Shown: positions 28,410 to 32,000 of the stretch, piece by piece
How positions within the stretch are numbered: position 1 is the stretch's first letter
Layout of the letters: the number at the start of each line of letters is the position of its first letter
NCBI RefSeq assembly: GCF_900070325.1
Contig: NZ_LN879430.1
Coordinates: 1,015,379-1,047,378 of the forward strand
Direction of reading: 5' to 3'
DNA length: 32,000 nt
Source: Herbinix luporum
Lineage (GTDB): Bacteria; Bacillota; Clostridia; Lachnospirales; Lachnospiraceae
Program-made: the position numbers and the translations under genes
The notes under the pieces: generated by a model
Seen by the model: only the letters and a program-made list of their open reading frames with translations
Told to the model about the DNA's origin: nothing
Databases searched by the model: none

Positions 28410-29474
28410 TTAAACGATTTCTTTTATAATTTTATCATATATATGGTCAACTTTTGAAAAATCCATAGCTTCGATATAATAAGCTTCTAAATCATCATGA
28501 AGAAGTTTCGCCTTCTTTATATGTTTTGTGCCGGTGTCTATTAATTCTTTAGCATTTTTAAGATTTAAGGTCATCTGTTCTTGATCGGATTTAGAAATAG
28601 TGTCCATTAAATCTTCAATCAAAATATCCTGCTTACTACCCTGAAACTTATGGAAGTCATTTGCTGTGGTTATGGCTATGGCTGCGGAGGGAAAGATGAT
28701 ATGGTCTATCTTTTTTGGTGTCCTTATAGAACAGTAACATACTATCTGTTCAAATCCCTTAGCTGCAGCAGTTTGATATATGTTGGATAGTAAAAGGCCG
28801 GAAGCAGCTCCCCATATATCATTAATTACATATACGGTTTTGGCAAGTTCAGATATAGTTTCACCAAAAAATACGGTTTCACCTACGGAAACAGCACTAA
28901 GAAGACGCTTTTTTTCTTTACCTAAATTAGATCCTTCTAGTTCTTTTAGTATTTTGTTAGTAATATCATTAATAGTACTTTGTTTTATATAGCCTGAGGC
29001 TATTTTTAAGTTATTATCAAGTAAAGTAGCTGCCCCTTGAATATATGAGGTGGCTGTATTATGACAGGAGCTAATAGTATCACTTAAAGAGATAATATCC
29101 ATTTTGCTTTTTATAAGTTTGGAATCCTCCCAACAATCAGCCATATTAATAATAAGATCATAAGCTCCCGGATATCTTGGATCCATTATATGAGGAGCGG
29201 TTCCGTCCACCATGGCTACTTTGGCATCATGGTCTATAAATGCGTCCAAAGACTTGGGATCACTGGCGCAGTGGATATATTCCAACTCATGATTTTTATC
29301 AAGAAGAGTTTTTATAACTCGCTTCATTAGGGAGCTTTTTCCGCTACCGGGTCCCCCTTTTATTATATATAATCTTTTACCATACCTAGGATCTCTAAGT
29401 TGATCAAATAAGGAAACAAATCCCTGTTTTGTATTACTTCCCAATAAAAAGCGAATATTTTTTTTAGCTGACAT
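28410..29474 (-). CDS. Uncharacterised P-loop NTPase
   Basis: Walker A GGPGSGKSS, and a possible Walker B VAMVDG. GAGGTG RBS. The C-terminal ~200 aa has no motif I recognise. Confidence 0.7.
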   Translation of the reverse strand: MSAKKNIRFLLGSNTKQGFVSLFDQLRDPRYGKRLYIIKGGPGSGKSSLMKRVIKTLLDKNHELEYIHCASDPKSLDAFIDHDAKVAMVDGTAPHIMDPRYPGAYDLIINMADCWEDSKLIKSKMDIISLSDTISSCHNTATSYIQGAATLLDNNLKIASGYIKQSTINDITNKILKELEGSNLGKEKKRLLSAVSVGETVFFGETISELAKTVYVINDIWGAASGLLLSNIYQTAAAKGFEQIVCYCSIRTPKKIDHIIFPSAAIAITTANDFHKFQGSKQDILIEDLMDTISKSDQEQMTLNLKNAKELIDTGTKHIKKAKLLHDDLEAYYIEAMDFSKVDHIYDKIIKEIV

Positions 29475-29728
29475 AGTATCACCTCATAATTATTATAGTA
29501 TCAAAAATATACTTGGTGTATCAAATTTTTACATTCTAACATTTATTATTTAAATATTTAATATATTTAATATTTTATGTAATTACTATATTCTTTGAAT
29601 ATAAGTAATATATTATTACATAAGTATTATAATATTTTTAATAAGGATTTTCTTGCATTTTGCTAAAAAGAATGATATGCTCATACAGAATTATTAGCAT
29701 AAATTTTATAAAGGCGTGGAGGGGCATT

Positions 29729-30547
29729 ATGTTAGATATTCTAAAAGCAATTATCCTAGGCATTGTTGAAGGTATTACGGAATGGCTTCCTATTAGCAGT
29801 ACCGGACATATGATACTGGTTAATGAATTTATACCTTTAAATGTATCAGAAGAATTTATGGAAATGTTTCAAGTAGTTATACAGCTTGGAGCAATTCTGG
29901 CTGTGGTGATTCTCTATTTTCATAAATTAAATCCTTTTTCTCCAAAGAAAAGCAAGGAAGAAAAAAAAGATACCATGAGTATTTGGTATAAGGTAATAAT
30001 AGGAGTAATGCCGGCTGGTATTATGGGAGTTCTTTTTGATGATTGGTTTGATCAGCATTTTTATAATTACATAACTGTAGCTATAATGTTGATTTTTTAT
30101 GGAGTATTATTTATTCTAATTGAAAATAAGAACAAAGATAAGGGAGCCGAGATTGAAAGCTTTAATGAACTGTCTTATAAAACAGCCCTTTTAATCGGTA
30201 TCTTTCAGGTTCTGTCCTTAATTCCCGGAACCTCCCGTTCGGGAGTAACTATTTTAGGGGCAATAATTCTTGGAACTTCTCGATTTGTTGCTGCTGAATA
30301 CTCATTTTTCTTATCTATACCGGTTATGTTTGGAGCCAGTGCATTAAAACTTATAAAATTTGGTTTTGACTTTACAGGTAAGGAAATTGCCATATTAATA
30401 ACCGGTATGGCTGTGGCTTTTATAGTATCAATTATAGCTATAAAATTTCTTATAAGCTATATTAAGAAAAATGATTTTAAATCCTTTGGTTGGTATCGAA
30501 TAGTTCTTGGTATATTAGTACTGGGATATTTTATGGTAATTGCATAA
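29729..30547 (+). CDS. uppP: Undecaprenyl-diphosphate phosphatase
   Basis: [17 protein letters not shown] and PGTSRSG motifs in a polytopic protein. ATG at 29729 follows GGAGGGG; the track's TTG at 29660 is an over-extension. Confidence 0.9.
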   Translation: MLDILKAIILGIVEGITEWLPISSTGHMILVNEFIPLNVSEEFMEMFQVVIQLGAILAVVILYFHKLNPFSPKKSKEEKKDTMSIWYKVIIGVMPAGIMGVLFDDWFDQHFYNYITVAIMLIFYGVLFILIENKNKDKGAEIESFNELSYKTALLIGIFQVLSLIPGTSRSGVTILGAIILGTSRFVAAEYSFFLSIPVMFGASALKLIKFGFDFTGKEIAILITGMAVAFIVSIIAIKFLISYIKKNDFKSFGWYRIVLGILVLGYFMVIA

Positions 30548-30667
30548 TAAGATGAAGAAGCAATGGATATATTTTGACCTTGTATAAAATTATAAGATTT
30601 AGTATAATTTTTATAATTTTATAACAGAAATATATTTATTGCTTTTTTAATTGAAAGAGGTGGGAAA

Positions 30668-32000
30668 TGGCTAAGAAAAAACATGTGTTATACGGTATAT
30701 TTATGTTTTTTGCTATTATCATCTTACTTATTATTTTGTTTTATGCAGTTAAAATACTAAAGAATGGAATAAGTTCTTGGAATAAATCCGATATGGATCT
30801 TGTAAACAATGAAACTGATGAAGGTCTAGAAACAGAAAACTATGACTTAGGGGAAAATTCTTTGCCTAATTATGAAAATGAGGATGATATATCTACTGAA
30901 ATAATTGATGATACTAGAAAAGAAAATGATCAAGTGAAAGTAAAAGACCCTAATGAAACAGATGATATAACATTTGGTATTGATGTGGCAAAGTGGCAGG
31001 GTATAATTGATTGGGAAAAAGTAGCTGCTTCTGATGTGGACTTTGCCATAATAAGGGTAGGCTATAGGGCTCAGGCAGACGGTAAAATTACTGAGGATCC
31101 ATATGCTAAATATAATCTACAACAAGCACAAAAGCATGGTATTAAATTAGGAGCATATTTCTTTTCAACTGCTGTTTCGGAAAAAGAGGCAATAGAAGAG
31201 GCAGAATGGGTAGTAAATTTTATTGCCCCCTATAAGATTACCTATCCGGTAGCATATAACTGTGAAGGTTTTAATGATCCAAGCAGCAGGCAGTATGGTA
31301 TGAATAAGGAAAAGAGAAGTAAGCTTGCGGTTGCTTTTCTTGATTATATTGAAGAAAAAGGCTACACACCTATGTTTTATGCAGCTAGAAGTGAACTTGA
31401 AGGTAGTATGGAATGGGATACAGATATTTTGACCGAAAAATATAAAATATGGGTGGCTCACTATCCCGATTATCATGTTACTGCAGATATGAAATCTTCC
31501 TATTTAGGATCCCATGATATGTGGCAGTATACCAGTAAAGGAAGTGTAGCTGGTATAGAGAATCCTGTGGATTTAAATTTTGCATACTTTGGCTATAAAA
31601 AAGAAGCAGAAGCTAAAATAGATACTCCTATAGAAGAAGTCGAAGCTGATCCGGCAGCCTTATTTTATTTTGAAGAAGTTAATGAAAAGGTAACAGCAAA
31701 AGATGTAACCAATCTTAGGAACCAACCTAATATCGATGACAGTGAAGTTATTTCTGTGCTTAAATATGGAGATACGGCTAAAAGGATTGGAATAGGAGAT
31801 AACGGCTGGTCTAAGCTAGAATACAAGGGAGAAATTTTATACGCAATTTCTAGCTACTTGACTACAGATTTAAATTATCAGGAGAATTCTAAACCTACAT
31901 TAGAAAATCCTGAAGCAGGAATAACTTTTACTGAGGTAGAAGAAAAAGTAACAGCTAAGATAAAAACCAACTTAAGACTGGTTCCCAGTACGGACAGTGA
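30668..32000 (+). CDS. Membrane-anchored GH25 muramidase with C-terminal SH3b repeats (3' end beyond the window)
   Basis: Not in the ORF track because there is no stop in the window. AGAGGTGGG RBS, N-terminal TM and an acidic linker. GH25 motifs GIDVAKWQGIIDW, FAIIRVGY, GAYFFS and MWQYTSKGSVAGI. Then one full SH3b-like repeat (VTAKDVTNLRNQPN...GWSKLEYKG) and the start of a second (VTAKIKTNLRLVPS...), truncated by the window end. Confidence 0.8.

Overview
This is an AT-rich, densely coding chromosomal core segment with Firmicutes/Clostridia-type gene content and housekeeping synteny.

Gene order, left to right:
- an Fe/Mn-SOD-family gene
- pyrB-pyrI (minus strand)
- a large SWIM + SNF2 helicase
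- birA-bioY with a BirA-type operator
- tyrS, flanked by two unrecognised membrane proteins
- a translationally coupled radical-SAM pair plus an RNase E/G-family gene
- rplU-prp-rpmA
- obg-yhbY-nadD-yqeK-rsfS
- lexA, divergent from a LysM/TM gene (yneA-like) with several SOS boxes between them
- an atypical metG behind a Met-specific T-box
- a lipoprotein, a hemerythrin and an MntR-like regulator
- feoA-feoB
- an orphan P-loop NTPase
- uppP
- the start of a membrane-anchored GH25 muramidase with SH3b repeats

I found no rRNA, tRNA, CRISPR array, transposase, integrase, prophage or recognisable defence island. I do not see a convincing new multi-gene system, and the window looks mostly ordinary.

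The items most worth follow-up:
1. the functionally uncharacterised radical-SAM pair + RNase G unit joined to the L21/Prp/L27 module
2. the lexA / yneA-like SOS module
3. a MetRS with a KASSS motif in place of KMSKS and an insertion of about 62 aa
4. a short dispersed repeat that supplies the last codons of pyrI and forms the rsfS/lexA convergent hairpin
5. an MntR-like regulator next to feoAB, with a palindrome in the feoA promoter

All family assignments come from reading motifs by eye. No searches were run.
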